Assembly (NCBI RefSeq): GCF_036321535.1
Contig: NC_087438.1
Span: forward strand, 2,792,001 to 2,856,000
Reading direction: 5' to 3'
From: Camelus dromedarius
Lineage: Eukaryota
DNA length: 64,000 bases
Of the stretch, positions 26,221 to 39,771 are shown piece after piece (position 1 is the first letter of the stretch; each line of letters opens with the position of its first letter). Under the pieces are notes generated by a model. The model was not told the origin of the DNA and did not search any database. It saw only the letters and a program-made list of their open reading frames with translations. The translations under genes were made by a program, and so were the position numbers.

Positions 26221-29200
26221 AGGCCCGAGCAGCCTGCTCCATCGCGGACAGGACAACACAGCGCAGGCGGCACCAAAAGAAACAAAACCCGAAAACGCAC
26301 CCTCAGACCTCTGCCCTCCTCGCGCAGCGTCGGCGGCCTTGGACCTCGGACCTTGTGAAAGGCTGGGGTGGCTGCCGTGTGCAGGAGTGTGTCCGCCCCG
26401 CCTCGGCCCAGGGATGTCAGTCCTCGAGGTGTGTCCCCTCCCCGAGCGTCTCGGCCAGCGTGCTGGGGACCCAGGCACAACGGCAGGGCCGTCCCAGGGT
26501 AATTTCCTGCCGGACCAGCCCCTGCCGACCGGCTGGCTCGTTTCTGCTCATTGCCATCAAGCTCTCTTGCCTGCCAGTAGGCTCTGGGTTTTCCTTTGTT
26601 TATTTGCTCTTCTCTACTTCAAGTGGCGAAATGCCTACCTTTTCCCTCATAAAAAATAAAAGAGCAATATACTCGGCACTCGGTGATATCTGGGTTAACA
26701 ACAGCCTGAAGGAGGATGTTCCCACTGAGCATATTCTTGTCTTCCGTCTCCATCCTCCAGTCACTGTTCCCGGGGCTGCATTCAGTTTTCATTCCCCATC
26801 TCCCTCCTCCTTCTGGTCACGACCATCGTCTCTCTCCTCTTCTGTCCTCTGCTTTACTCCATTCTTCTTTCTCTCTGTTTGTGTCTCAAAACATTTGCAA
26901 GCTCTTTTTGGAAACGACTGAAAAATGTTTGCAAAATAGTGGCAGAAATATTCACAATCTTCTAGCAACTGTTTTTTAAGGAACATCGTGATGCCTGCAT
27001 TTGAAGAATCAATATGAAGTTTAAATTTAAATCCTGGAGGGATCCGTCCAGTGGATTATGTAATGGCTGGTGATATAAAGACAGAGGTATCTCCTTGTCC
27101 ATGTCAGAGTTAATGTAAAGCAGCGTGTGACTTCTCATCAAAATTTAGATTATATTTCTATTAATGCTTTACCCAAGCACACTCTTTTTGTTAATTTAAA
27201 TAGCATTCTACTTTACAGTCTGGTTATCATATTGAAGGAGGAAATCAAATAATCCACACTTGAAAGAGAATTTAGAAAACAAAAAGCACAATCAAATCAC
27301 CTCACAGGGGTCACACACACACATTTTGAAATGTTAATGGAACATGGAGATCTTTGGGTTTCCTAAGTCAGAAGTTTTCCAGGAAGAAAAATGGATTCAA
27401 AGACTCATCTGTGTACAAAGTCTGCAAAGCTGATTTCAGAAGAACAAGTTGCAGGACTTTCTAAACAATGTGAGAGAGGGCTTCAAAACAGAGAGAGATG
27501 CATTTCAGTCCTGGGGGTCTGAGCAGCAGGAAGACGAGCAGTGTCCTCCTCGCCAGGGCAAGGGCACGCTGCTTCATCCCCAGACAGCAGAGCCCTGCTG
27601 CCCGCTGCCTCCTTCAGGGACCCAGCCCCTCCATTGTCCCCGGGCACAGCAGGGCGCAGAGTGGGTGGCGGGCTCAGGACTGCAGAGGGTTAACACCGCC
27701 ACGTCCCACTGAGACACCTCCCAGATAATAAAGCGAACCATTAGGTGGAGAAGAAGATGTCAGTATGCTATAGAGTGTCCCCTTAGGATCAATGATTCTG
27801 CAGATTATGGAAAGTATAGAAGTTTCCCAGGTGCAGGACTTTCTTTCTTGGTGTCAGTGTGTCGACTGGACACAGTAGAGGGGTCACTTTCTATGACAGA
27901 GCTCGACTGTCGGGCAGAGAATCCTGTTTCTGCCAATTAGAGCCAGGAAGAGCTGTAGCTGGGGTCCCCGGGCGTCTGCGTTCTCCCAGATGTCCGTCTG
28001 GCGCACGGCCACGGGCAGCCTCCGCGGTCCAGTCTGGCTGCTGGTGTGAGAAGCTCCTGACACCACCGTACTGACGCGGGGGAAAGTGTAAGCAGGCGAC
28101 CCACAAAGGAGGTTCTCCCATAGGTATGGCCTTTGCCCTTTCCTCACATATCTGGGGAGGCAGATGGGACAGAGCCAGTGAGATGAAGCGGGCAAGGATG
28201 TTCTTATCATCCTCTTCCCTTACAACCCAAGTTGTAGGATGAATTATTGATCTTATAAATCTGCCACCAATACTACTCATAAAAATCTGTGAGCATCGAG
28301 ATTCCTGCTTCCTTACACCATCCTCCACAGCCACGGCCCTGTCCCTCGGCCGTCCTGCGACTCCAAGGAGAAGTCTCACCGCCCCCTCCCTCTGCCCTGA
28401 ACAGTAACTACGGTGATTCGCACCCATTTTCTCAGTTGCTGGCATCCCCTTACCCCCTGCGGCTAGGTTATTCTAGGTGGAAAGACAGTTCTTAAACAGT
28501 TATTTTTTTCTTAGCAATACAGTGCGTTTGAGAGTCTGAGAGACGCATAAGCTAAGTGTCTTTGCCTAAGTCTTATTTCTGTCACCACAACAAATTTACT
28601 GCTTTTGTTCACTCTTTTTTGACTGTAATCCCCCTGGACCCCTTATATCAGACTGAAGAGCAGATAAAGCTTTTCTTCATTTTCTTAAGTGCTCCGAGGA
28701 CTTAAGCTCTCCTCCCGGCCCTTGCTCGTCAGCTGTGCTGAGTGGTCGTCTCTGGAGAGAGGGCTCCGGCGAGAACTCGCAGGCTTCATCGGAGATCGGG
28801 AAGCCAGGCTGTGCTTCTCACCTTCCGTGGACGGAAACCCCACCGCCTCCAACGCAGCCTTTCGGGCGGGGCTGCCGAGGGGACCCTCACCACCTTGTTC
28901 AGGGCGCAGGTGGATTCTAGGGCCCAGGCTCTGCCCCGCCACCATTCTGTTCGGGTCCCTTCTTTATGGAGACTTCCGGGGAAGCAGGGACCAGGCCAGG
29001 GATGGCGCTCCAGGTGGGAGATGCTTTTCCATCTTCCTCCCACCCCCTCTGCCCACCAGGTCCTCCCCACTGCAGGGCTGCAGGAGGTGCTGTACCAGGA
29101 TGACCGGAGCTGGGCCCTTCCTCTGGGGTCTGGCTTACTAACCCAGGGTCGTTTAACTCTCCAGGCCTGTCCCCTTGACACACCTCCCAGCCAGCGGATC

Positions 29201-29559
29201 GCCCTTGGTTTACAAATGGGGAAGGAGAAGCGTTTTCACAGCTGCCTTTGGAAACCATTGCCCCAGGGAAGGTGTCCTTTGCTCCATCTCAGGGTGAGTA
29301 GCACGTGCTTTTCTGCATGAAGCTCACAGAAGGTGTGAAATTCCGGTTTTTTCTATAACTATCATTCAGAAGGGGCAGAGAGTTACATATGCGCCAAATA
29401 CTACTTTTCAATTACCAAGTACATCTTAATTTCAGTTTTGCACACTGGCCGACAAAAGCAGAGCTCCCTGAAATCTAATAAATCTTTAATCAATCAATAA
29501 AAATCTCTACAAAGACGTTTTGCTGATCTGGAGACGTGATCGGTGGTGGGAGAAGCTCT

Positions 29560-31200
29560 GATTTCTCTGGGTCGCTCATCGCACCCCTGACCCTCTTCTG
29601 GGCGATGACCTCGGGCCGGCCCGCTGAGCGGAGGGGCGGAGCGGCGCGCAGAGGCGCCGGGCTGGGCGCAGGTGCGGGCGGGGCAGCCCCCCTGGGGAAC
29701 CGCCCGCGGGCCCTCGGCCGCACCGCGCACGTGAGGCTCGCGTGGGTTTTCTTTCTGGGCCCCCGCGATGTCACGAGGGGCTGGTGTCGTGCACCTGAAC
29801 CCGGCTTTACCCTCTCACACAGGGGCCCAGAAACTCGGTCCCTCTCGGGGTTAGTTAAGATCATCCACTTCTCCGCTTTCTCCTCGGCAAACAGCCCCTC
29901 TGCTGTGTTTTTCTGCGACTTCGGTTTTCACAAAGGCGGCCAGGTGGTGCCCTCACGCCCGGGGCCCGGAGGCCCTCCTGCAGGCGCTGCACCGGCCCCC
30001 GCATTCTGCGGGGGGGGGGGAGGGCTCCGGGGCGCCCCCCCCCCAGCCCGCGGCGCCCTCAGCACGCGGGCCGACCTGGCCCCCTCTCCCGCCGGGCTGC
30101 GTTCGGGGCCAGCGCGCTCCTCGCGGGGGGGAGGCCTGCGGAGCGAGCGCGGCCTGCGCGGCGGCGGCGCGGCCGTGGAGCTCTCGCGCCCCCTACAGGC
30201 CCGCGGCCGCAGCTTCATCCCGCAGGCCGGTTTTCTTTCTTTCCTTTCTTTTCTCTCTTTTTTTTTTTTTTTTTTTTTGTTGTTGTTGTTTTGTTTTGTT
30301 TTGTTTTGTTTTGAGTGCCTGTTTCACAGCTAGACCGCTGAGTGAGTGCTCGGCCAGGGCGCGGCCGCGAGCTTCAGCGCGTATCTGCGGGGCCTGGACG
30401 CCTCCGTCCCGCGCGCGGGCGTCCCGGGCGGTGGCCGCGCCTGCCCGGGAGACGAGGCGGGGACGGCACAAGGTGTCCCGGGAAACCGCCCCCTTTCAGC
30501 CCCAGGCTGCGGGGGTCACCTTTTCAACAGTCCGGAGCAAAGGACGGTTGAATGGAGAAACCGCTGGCAGCCGGGCAGGGCTGGGCCGGGTCCGCCTCTC
30601 GTCCCAAAGCGGGCCTGTGCCGCGGGGGAGGGGGGCGCAGAACCAGCTTCCCCTGGACAGGAGGGCTGGGCGCGAGTATGGAAGGATGTCTCATTCACAC
30701 ACACAGACATCCCGGCTCCTCAGCCCACCCCCAGGGCTGGCGTCGTCCACCTGACCTTTTCTTGGTACTTACTGAGCAAGGTTGGCCTTGATGGGCCTCG
30801 GCTGAGCAGACAAGGGCGTCTTCAAGCCGGACCCTGACAGACACACAGAGAAACGTCATTTGGAAACGTGAGGACCATCTGACTCGTCCTACAATTGGCT
30901 GTGCCTCTTTTGGGACCGAAAAAAGAAATAGCTGTATTGCTCCCCTTCAGAATAAACCCGCCTCGGCCCCCTGCCTCAGCCCAGGGAAGACGCGGGCTCC
31001 GACCAGAGCTCGCCATGGGGCACGTGGGCCAGCGACACGGGGGACCGCCAGGCGGGGTCCCTGCCTGACCGCCCGGGACCCCACGTGCCATCCTGCGAGA
31101 TGCTTCCTTCGCTTTAAAAGGTGCTTCCGTTTGGACGAGCACACGGCAGACAGGGCTTCCACTCTCATGGGATGGCGTCCGTGGGTGCACGGGGAGGGTG
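29560..31200. promoter_or_regulatory. CpG island, possible promoter or enhancer
   Basis: About 1.6 kb with dense CpG, GC boxes (ggggcggag at about 29633) and E-box cacgtg at about 29728. Confidence 0.75.
30231..30313. repeat. Compound (TTTC)n/Tn/(TTG)n/(TTTTG)n tract inside the CpG island
   Basis: Directly visible. Confidence 0.95.
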
Positions 31201-32874
31201 ACTTTGCCTTCAGCCGGAGAGATTCAGAGCCCGTGGTCACCTCTCTCTGCAAACTTGCCTAATGCCATTCCTGAGACAGTCACTCAACTTTTCAATATAT
31301 TCCTAGAGACGCTGGGTCGCAACCTCCAGCCTGCAGAAAGAAGCGTTTAGTGGAGTTTCTCAGCGTGCTTTCAGTCTCGGATGTGTTTGACTCCATAGTC
31401 CACGTGCAGCCCCAGCAGCCCCTTAGCAGAGTCCCTGCCTCTGGCACGTGCTGCTCTGCCACTGACCCCGCGAGCGAAAGGTTTTCTTATACAGTGGTCA
31501 CAGGGATTACTGTGTTCTTTTTTTCTTTATTAAAAAAAATAAAAAGAGCATAGACTTGTCCTAAAGAAAGCAAATCTGGAGAATTATATACAGCAAAAGA
31601 TCAACACTGTTCTCTGAACCTCCCCCACCCTGCTTCTCAGAGGACAACAAGGGTAATGCTTTGTTTATATTACCTGAATTGGGACCCTTGATGAAGATTC
31701 CAGAAGCCCCATCAAAACTCCTCTGACAACAATGTCAACCATCCAGAATAGGTCTCTGCCCTAGCTGCCAAAAGTCTCAAAGAAAAAAAAAAGGCAATTT
31801 TTCTTGAGCAGTGTTTTTCTAATATTTCCAACACCGAATCATTATAATCTATACATCTTTCAGATCTAAGATCAGGAACAGTAGGAATGTGTGATTTGTA
31901 TTTCACTTGATGACAGACACAAATCTCTCACTCAAACATTGATTGTTTCTTCACAGATTTTTTTTGACATAGAAAAACTGGAAAAAAGTCCCATGCAGAG
32001 CACCGATAAATTTGTATTAGAGCAAATGAAATTAAAGATCCATATAAGAACATCTTGTAAAGTGGTAAAAAGCACAGTATAAAAAGCACAATATAAACTA
32101 AAAATATATTTTCCACAAATAAATTATGTCCCCAAAGATTAAATGTAGTCAAAATGCAAAGAACAGCTAAATAAAGTGTTTTATGGAAGCTGCAGGAGGG
32201 TTTTAAGGATGTTTTCAGCAGGCAAGGAATCCTATTTTGCAGAGCTATAAAAGTTGCTTTCTTTTTTACCCTCAGAAAAGTTCTAAAAAAAAAATCTTTC
32301 CAGATCCTTGAACCTGCTGAGAGTCTGCAAAAATCCAAACAAACAGTAAATTGCCCTCCCCATACATCCATTTTTAAGACTTTATGATAAAACTTACTCA
32401 AGAGACACGTAATGCCTGGGCTATGATTTATGTAGGTAAATACAAACTTAAAATGCAAACAACAAGATGTACTAGAAGGGGAGTCGGGGTAGTTCTGACT
32501 TCGGCAGCTATTGCAGAAAATAACACTCGCCATACTTTACACATTAAAAATGTGCTCCATTATTTTAGGGAAGAAAAACAGCCCATCTGAGCCTTTCTTA
32601 TTTAAGCATTAACAACAGAAAGAGGGCATCTTTGAAGACATCGAAAGAAAAATGATGACAGAATTAAAAACGGAGACCACTGAGAGCCAGTGGCCAAACG
32701 AAGGGAGAGCCAAGCATCAGATTCAGGTTAAGGGAATCTTCACTGATTACTGGGGTTTCTCTTAACAGTATCTTAAAGTACTTTATATGGATTATAAGAT
32801 TGATTGTTGTCATATTTAGAGAGTTAAAAGCAAGAGCACATTGATCATTTCATAGATGAGAATACTGAAACAGA

Positions 32875-34470
32875 AGAATAAGGCTTCTGCTCATCAAATG
32901 ATGTCATTAAGAGAAAAAAAAGCAAGATGGAGAGTGGGAGAAGGCATCTGAAATACACATATTTGATAAATGTCTCGCATAACCTCAATAAGAAAAGGAC
33001 AGAATACCTAACTCAACATGGATAAGAAATGTAATAATCACAACTCACAAGAAGCCTTCCAGCTGACTGCTAAAAGATACAATCATGTTAGTCATCAGAG
33101 ATCCAAATTAAAATTATAAAGACACACCAGTACATAACCCAATAATGTTAAAAACAAACACACAAATAAATAAATATATGTTTATGAGCGTGTGGTGTGA
33201 GTAGAACTCTCATGCACTGCCTGTTGGAGTGTGAACTGGAAGACCACTTGGGAGAACTGTACGATGGAGTCTACTGATGCTAACCAAGATCCAGAGACCC
33301 CCTTCCTAGGCGCATCCCCTGCAAAAGCCGGTACGCGTGTGCTTCATCTAAAAGGTTTACGCAGCTCCTGGACATGTGTCCTGAAGGAACTCTATTTCAA
33401 AAAGACACCTGCACCCCGATGTTCACAGCAGCACTATTTACAGTAGCCATGACAAGGAGACAGCCTAGATGTCCATCAACAGATGACAGGATAAAGAAGT
33501 TATGTGTGTATATATACACACACATACACACACAATGAAATACTCCTCAGCCATAAAAAAGAATAAAATAATGTCATTTGCAGCAACATAGATGGACCTG
33601 GAGATCGTCATTCTAAGTGAAGTAAGCCAGAAAGAGAAAGAAAAATACCATATGATGTCACTCATATGTAGAATCTAAAAAAATAATAATAATAATAAAT
33701 AAATAAATAAATAAATAAATGAACTTATTTTCAAAACAGAAACAGACTCACAGACATAGAAAATAAACTTATAGTTACCAGAGAGAAACAGGGGTGGGAA
33801 GGGATAAACTGGAAGTTGGAGATCTGCAGATACTAACTACTATATATAAAATAAATAAACAAGTTTCTTATGTACAGCACAGGGAACTATATTCAGTGTC
33901 TTGTAGGGACCTATAATGAGAAAGAATGTGAAAAAGAATATATGTACATATGTGCATGACTGAAACATTATGCTGTACATCAGAAATTGGCACATCATTG
34001 TAAACTGACTATATTTACATTAAAAACAATTTAAAAAATAAAGGGCATGTGGAAGAATGTTCACAGCAGCGTATTTCATATCTACTTGAAACGGGAAGCA
34101 ACCCAAATGTCCAACAACAGTAGAGTCAGTCCGTCAATATATGTGGTCTTTTCCTCCTGTGAGCTACTACACAGCACTGAAAATGAATCACCACCTACTA
34201 TGTGAAAGGACACAGGATGAAACTGACAAATCAAGGGAAAGAATCCAGACTCAGAAAGATATTTAATTCTGACAAAAGCAACTAATCTATGTGATCAGAG
34301 GTCAGAAGAGTGACCGAGGGTGGAGTCTGGGGGTCTGGCTGACAGTGAGGGTGACGGAGCGCTGGTCTTCACCTTTGATATCTGAACTGCACGGAAGTTA
34401 CGTGGATGGGTGAATTCATCAAAACGCACCGAGCTGGCTCTCATGATGGGTGTGTTGCATTCCATCACTG
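32875..34470 (+). mobile_element. Old L1M(B/E)-like element split by a younger L1
   Basis: 'gagtgggagaaggcatctg', 'gaactctcatgcactgc', resumes at about 34040 with 'gaatgttcacagcagc...caacccaaatgtccaacaacagtaga'. Confidence 0.75.
33362..34040 (+). mobile_element. Young 5'-truncated L1 (ORF2 end and 3' UTR) with (TAAA)n
   Basis: 'aaaagacacctgcaccccgatgttcacagcagcactatttac...cacagggaactatattcag...gtaaactgactata' plus A tail. Confidence 0.95.
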
Positions 34471-36044
34471 AAAACACATCTGGAAACTTTAAGGAGGTCC
34501 CCACAGGTAAGACCCCCGGGGCCATGGCTGGCTGGTTTCTAGGTAAATCACAGATGCTCTATTCGGCCTGAGTCCTCCTCCCTACAGGAGAGACGGACTT
34601 CCGGGAATTCTTCATCAGAATAACACCGGGAGAATCCTCCGATAATCTTAAGATTTGAGAATGTGCGTGTTCTCAGAAGCCCAGTCTGGAAAGTAGTGGG
34701 GATCCGGCACTGACAGCTTTCTCGAGGGGCGAGGACGGCACGGCCAAAACAGACTCCACAACGCACAGGCAGTATCACAACCGAATTCTCCATAAGAGTG
34801 CTCTAAATTTTATTGTCTTTGTGTTGGGACAACAGCAGACAGTGGGGGGGGGACCAAAGGATGTGCTGGGACCACCCGTGTCTTATCATTGCTGCAACTT
34901 CCACCCGCCCTTCACCTTTTCATGCACCTAAAGTCAGGGACTTGGGTACGTGGGTTCACGGTCAAGCAAGTTTAGAGGGTGCAAGATGCTGACTGGAGGA
35001 TGCGACTAGGGCAAAGGGAAGACTTAGGCTTCTGACACGTGCGATGTTCAATCATCATTTTACCAGACAGCAGCAATGCCGATGGCCACTGAGCAAAAGA
35101 GCTCTACTCCTTCTCAGCAATGACATCAGTGTTGTCGGTGCATTGTTTACTTTTGTTTCATTTTGTTTTCATTGTCTTTCTCCCACTCGACTGTTCAAGT
35201 GTGTGCTCATTAAGTAGAGAGGTGTTACTGTTTTACCGCGGCGTCAGTCCCATCTTGCAGTCCTGGACAGAGCAGGTGCACAATGTCACATGCCGGGTGG
35301 ATGTGAGGGCAAATCACTGCGGCATATGGCTTCTCTCCTCTGAATGAGAAGGTCTCCGGTTTTGATGTACTTAGTAAAAGATGCGTATGGCAGAACCATA
35401 ACTGAGACAGATCTTGTTTGCCTATATTTACAGATATGTTTCTTTTTCCTAAAATCCCTTTAGGGTAACTTGACTGCTTCCAGAAGCATGTTTTTCCCTT
35501 GGCTCATCTAGAATTAGGGATTTTTCTTGGACAAGGGCAGACCCTTGAGGACCATTAGGCCCTGAGATGAGCCGTCATCTCACCATCCGTTGAGTGGGAA
35601 GCAGCCCCACCTGGGTTGAAATAAGTGCAGAAGGGACGCAAAATTTGAAGCAAAAAAGTTCAGCTTAGTGGCTCGCTGCCTGTGGAAGAGGAGCGCGCAG
35701 ACTGAGCTCCTTCTTCTCTGTCTTTTCTGAGGTGAGCCTAACCCTGATTAGCCCAAGGTTGGCACCCACGGGACTCCAGGCTAGCACTGATGAGACTTAC
35801 CTAGATCGTGTGTAACAGAGCCTTCTGGTTGACTATCTTGTGGTTCAAATAGTGATTTTGATTCTTTTCACTGAACTCACATAGTTACGGGAGGATTTGA
35901 TAAACTGTTTCACTGACATGTCTGGAGATCCTTGTCTGTGCCAGGCATTTTGTTTGATATTTTTTTTTATCTTTTCTCTTATTAAGTTTTCCGGATGGAC
36001 TGATGGAATATAGATGGCATGATTAATCTCTGGTCACTGTGTAA

Positions 36045-36500
36045 GCAGTAGGAACAATACAGTAGCTGAAACAAAATAGGATTTTCTCCTTCCTGCTTGA
36101 GAAGTTTGGAGGTTATTAGTTCAAGGCTGGCAAGGCCTTCCGTGGGGTAAGAGATCCTGGCTTCATCTTGAGGACACCTCACGATCAAAGATGGCTGCTG
36201 AATTCCAGCCCTCATGCCCTCTTTGCATCCATCAGGAGGAAGGCAGCAGGTGGGGAGCCAGTGGGCGGAGGAGACACAGGGAATGAGGATACACTCTCCC
36301 TCTGGGGCTCTGTTGAAGTTACACACATCACTGTTTTTGTCCGTTAGTCAGAATTTAATCGCATGGCCACATCTTTTTGTGAGGAATGCTGGCTGGGGAA
36401 CGTAGTCTTTATTATGGAAAGCCATGAGCCTAGCTGAAAACTGCTACAGAAAAAGGGGAAAGGAAAGGATATTGGCAGGTGGTTAGAAGTCTTTGCTGTA
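36045..36500 (-). mobile_element. Old MaLR LTR (MLT1I/J/K-like)
   Basis: 'caaagatggctgctgaattccagcc', 'cagaatttaatcgcatggccacatct', 'ctggggaacgtagtcttt'. Confidence 0.7.
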
Positions 36501-38389
36501 ATTATGCAGCCCTTTTTCAGTACAACATGAACACAGAAGTCAAAGAATTAAAGACTACATTCGTGTAGATTCTAAAGTTGACTTCTGACTGTGATCACAT
36601 TTTCAGCCATTCAACCCAAGTACCCGCTATAATGCCAAGTTCACTAACTGGAACTCTGTCAACAGGCACTTTTCCTGCTCCAAGTTTCCCTACATCACAA
36701 AAACTGAACTGAGAGATCAGTGTGTAGGCGCACTTCCAGCCGGCGGGAACTACGTGAGCGGTAAAACCAACCAGAGCAGAACCAGTAAGAAGGGACAAGC
36801 AAGTAACCTGTGCTTTAACAAGTCCGCAAAGCCCTCGCTCCTTTTGTGAGAAGAGAAATGGGTCTAGAGTGCACCTCTGTGTAGCGATCGGAGGGAGGCA
36901 ATTTCTGCTTCTTGAGAGATATTTTCCCTGTGTTTTCCGTGCTTACACAGTCTTGTCAGCTCTCAGCTCACCCCGGAGGTGGGGCAGAGACAGCCAAAGT
37001 CACTCCTGGCCCACGAGCGGGTCAAAGATGATGTCGTTTTAATTCATACCTTAAGCCATGTGGAACCAGCTCCCCTCTGAACCTAGAAAGAGCCAGGCCA
37101 GCAAAAAGCCTGTCAGAGAGACAGTAAACCTCAGCCAGTTAGAACCTCAACCAGGTCTTCTCTGCTCTGGGTTGAGGTCTTTTAAGAGGAGGAAGGCTGT
37201 TTGGGGTTGAAGCTTACAGCAATCAGCAGCAAACAGTCTGTCTAACGTTAAGCGTTACGTCTTTTTTAGTCTTTTTTTTTTTTTTTTTGCCAGTTCTCTT
37301 TAACGTTTCATTCTGATTGTTCCACGTAGTTTATAATTGTCCTAACAAAAGGGGAAAAATACTACAGGTAAACATTTATAAAGCCCAGAGATTTGATGAA
37401 GGCCTTACCCAAAGCACCAAAGAAGCAAAGTCGAACATTCAAAGCAGCGTGTAAGGCTGGGATTTCTGGACTTTAATAGCTTTCCACTTAAATTTTTGGC
37501 TATCACGCTCTTTAGCTAAGAGAAAAAAAAATAATGAGTTTTACAACATTCGACTCGCTTTATAACATATTACATAAGGGTGTGCTACGCTGTGGAACTT
37601 ACTGGGGCACCAGTGTTTCTAGTTTCATATTAAGAAATTAGAAATAATGGTTCAGATTAGAGTTACCAGAATTATTAAAAATCCTTTGAATTGAATCGGT
37701 CATTCCCAAGGACATACTAATGAATTTGTAGCCAAGAAAAGAAAAAAAGTTTCATTTATAAATTCACCTGAGGTGAAGAAAGTCATGTTAACATTTTAAC
37801 TTTTATGTGGACTTTCCACGGGCTGAAGTGTTCTCCCCGCTTTGCCTCCTGCTCCCAGCAGCTCCCCTTAATTTCCATTTTGTAGGCCCCAATGTGAGAA
37901 TGATTTTTAAAAATCAGACGTTTAGTCTGAATACAGTAATGGCTGCCTATCCTCCTTCAAATGTGATTTTAAGTTTAAATGTTTAAGTTACGTGAAGTCG
38001 CTGAAGTTCCGACGGATCCTTCAAGTTGCACGTTGTCCTTTGCTCCTTCACTCAGCTTCCCCTTTCTCCACCTCCACTGTCAAGGTGGCATCTTCCAGTG
38101 CGGGGTCCCAGCAGCGACCTCCGAGTGGCAGGGCCACACAGCCCTCACGCTGCAGCGCCCGCTTGGGCCGAAATAGCCTTGTGTTTGCGTCTGACGTCTC
38201 CAACTAGAGGAGAGTTTCTTGAGGCTGGGAACCATGCCACACGTGATAGAACTTCCGCAGATGGGAGCTCAAAACCTGTTTATTTTGAATGTGAACAGGA
38301 CAAAAAGAAAGACAGACACAAGAGCGACGTCACCGTTTATACTGGATGCTGCTTCAGTGTCTTGTCAGTACCTCTCTGAAGGCCAGGAT

Positions 38390-38650
38390 TACAGTACATT
38401 ATAGGTTATCACAAAATACGGAAGGTAGTTCCCTGTGCTATGCAGTGGGACTTTGGTGTGTCCGTCAACAGACAACTGGATGAGGAAGATGTGGGACACA
38501 CACACAATGGATTACCATTTAGACACACAAAAAAAAGAATAAAATAATCCCATTATTGCCATCCAACAGGGACAGATGTAGAAATTATCAAACTAAGTGA
38601 AATGTCAGACGGAGAAAGACAAATATACAGTATCACTTATGTGTGGAATC
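38390..38650 (-). mobile_element. Short L1 with inverted segment
   Basis: 38390-38457 antisense ('tagttccctgtgctatgcagtgggac'), then sense ORF2 end ('tccgtcaacagac...ctaagtgaa...atcacttatgtgtggaatc'). Confidence 0.8.
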
Positions 38651-38844
38651 GGGGCAAAGGATTGATTCTTGACCCAGCATAGAATGTATTTGTCTCGCTC
38701 TCCAAAAGGAAAGCATGTTTGGACAAAGTGAATCTCCCTGCTTTTCAGAGGACAGTGGCAAAATAAGAGAACATTGACCTGTTTATTAGTCACACATCTC
38801 TTGAGAAGACCACACTCCCTTATCCCTACATAATCCTTACCAGT

Positions 38845-38965
38845 TAATCCATTCACCTACCATCAATCCATTCATCACCCACCCATCATCCAGTTACACA
38901 CCCATCATTCATCTGTCCAACCAACCGCTCACCCATCCATCCAACTAATCACCCATCCATTTGCC
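38845..38965. repeat. Degenerate (CCAT)n tract
   Basis: Repeated ccat/ccac/tcat units. Confidence 0.8.
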
Positions 38966-39771
38966 CAGTGAACCAGCTGGCCGGCCAGCCTTTTCACCAC
39001 CAGGTACTGATACACCAAGTGTCATAATGCCTACATGTGCTGATACCAACCTTCCCCTCTAGAAAACCACCATGGGATACGCAGGCAACACAGACAAGGA
39101 CAGGGAGGGAAAAGCTGTAATATGACTGGGTGAGATTCTGTGGGAGTAGGACCCCCCAGAAAACTCTGGGGAAGTCAAGTCCACTTAATCTCCTTAAGGA
39201 ATTAGTGATGCGTGGGCCGGGACCTAATAACTTCCCATTTACATTTGACATAAGTTGTAACAAATGTGAGGAAACATGTTTTCCTTTATGCCAAATCTAG
39301 TAAGGCATGTTGAGCTGCAAGTGCACCTTAATTTTATGTATTATTAAGAAAAAAGTAGCAATATGACAGTCTCACAGGAGACCTGCATAGTGGGGTGATC
39401 AAAGAGTTACGGCTTCAGTGTGAGGACGAACGAAAACAGAGCCAGAACCCAAAACCACAGGGAGGAAACCTACATATCCTGGCTTTGGCCTGGGGTGGGA
39501 GAAGAACAAAATCTCTAAAAATTTGCATCTCACGCTGGCACGCACATGGGTTTTTACTTGGAATTCACACTGCCAGCAAAGTACAAAGATCCTCAGGCAG
39601 AGAATTTATCTTAAAATGGTTTAAAGCTGATGGGCTCCCAGATTAGGAACAGTTGAAATGCAAATCCTCTTCAGAAGGCTCCGAGCTCCATCCAGGCCTA
39701 CAGCGACTACACAACACCATTGACGGAAAGTTGCATGTCAGTTTCAGAGACGATAAAACGCAAACATAAGC

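Noticed and set aside
29536..30333. Longest ORF (265 aa)
   Set aside because: Low-complexity G/A/R/P translation of a CpG island that runs through a T-rich microsatellite; starts at GTG and has no recognisable domain.
31928..32533. 201-aa minus-strand ORF
   Set aside because: No recognisable domain, composition typical of random AT-rich translation, and no supporting splice structure.
37144..37180. Inverted repeat acctcaaccag / ctgggttgaggt
   Set aside because: Stem of about 11-12 bp is too short for a pre-miRNA and is expected by chance in 64 kb.
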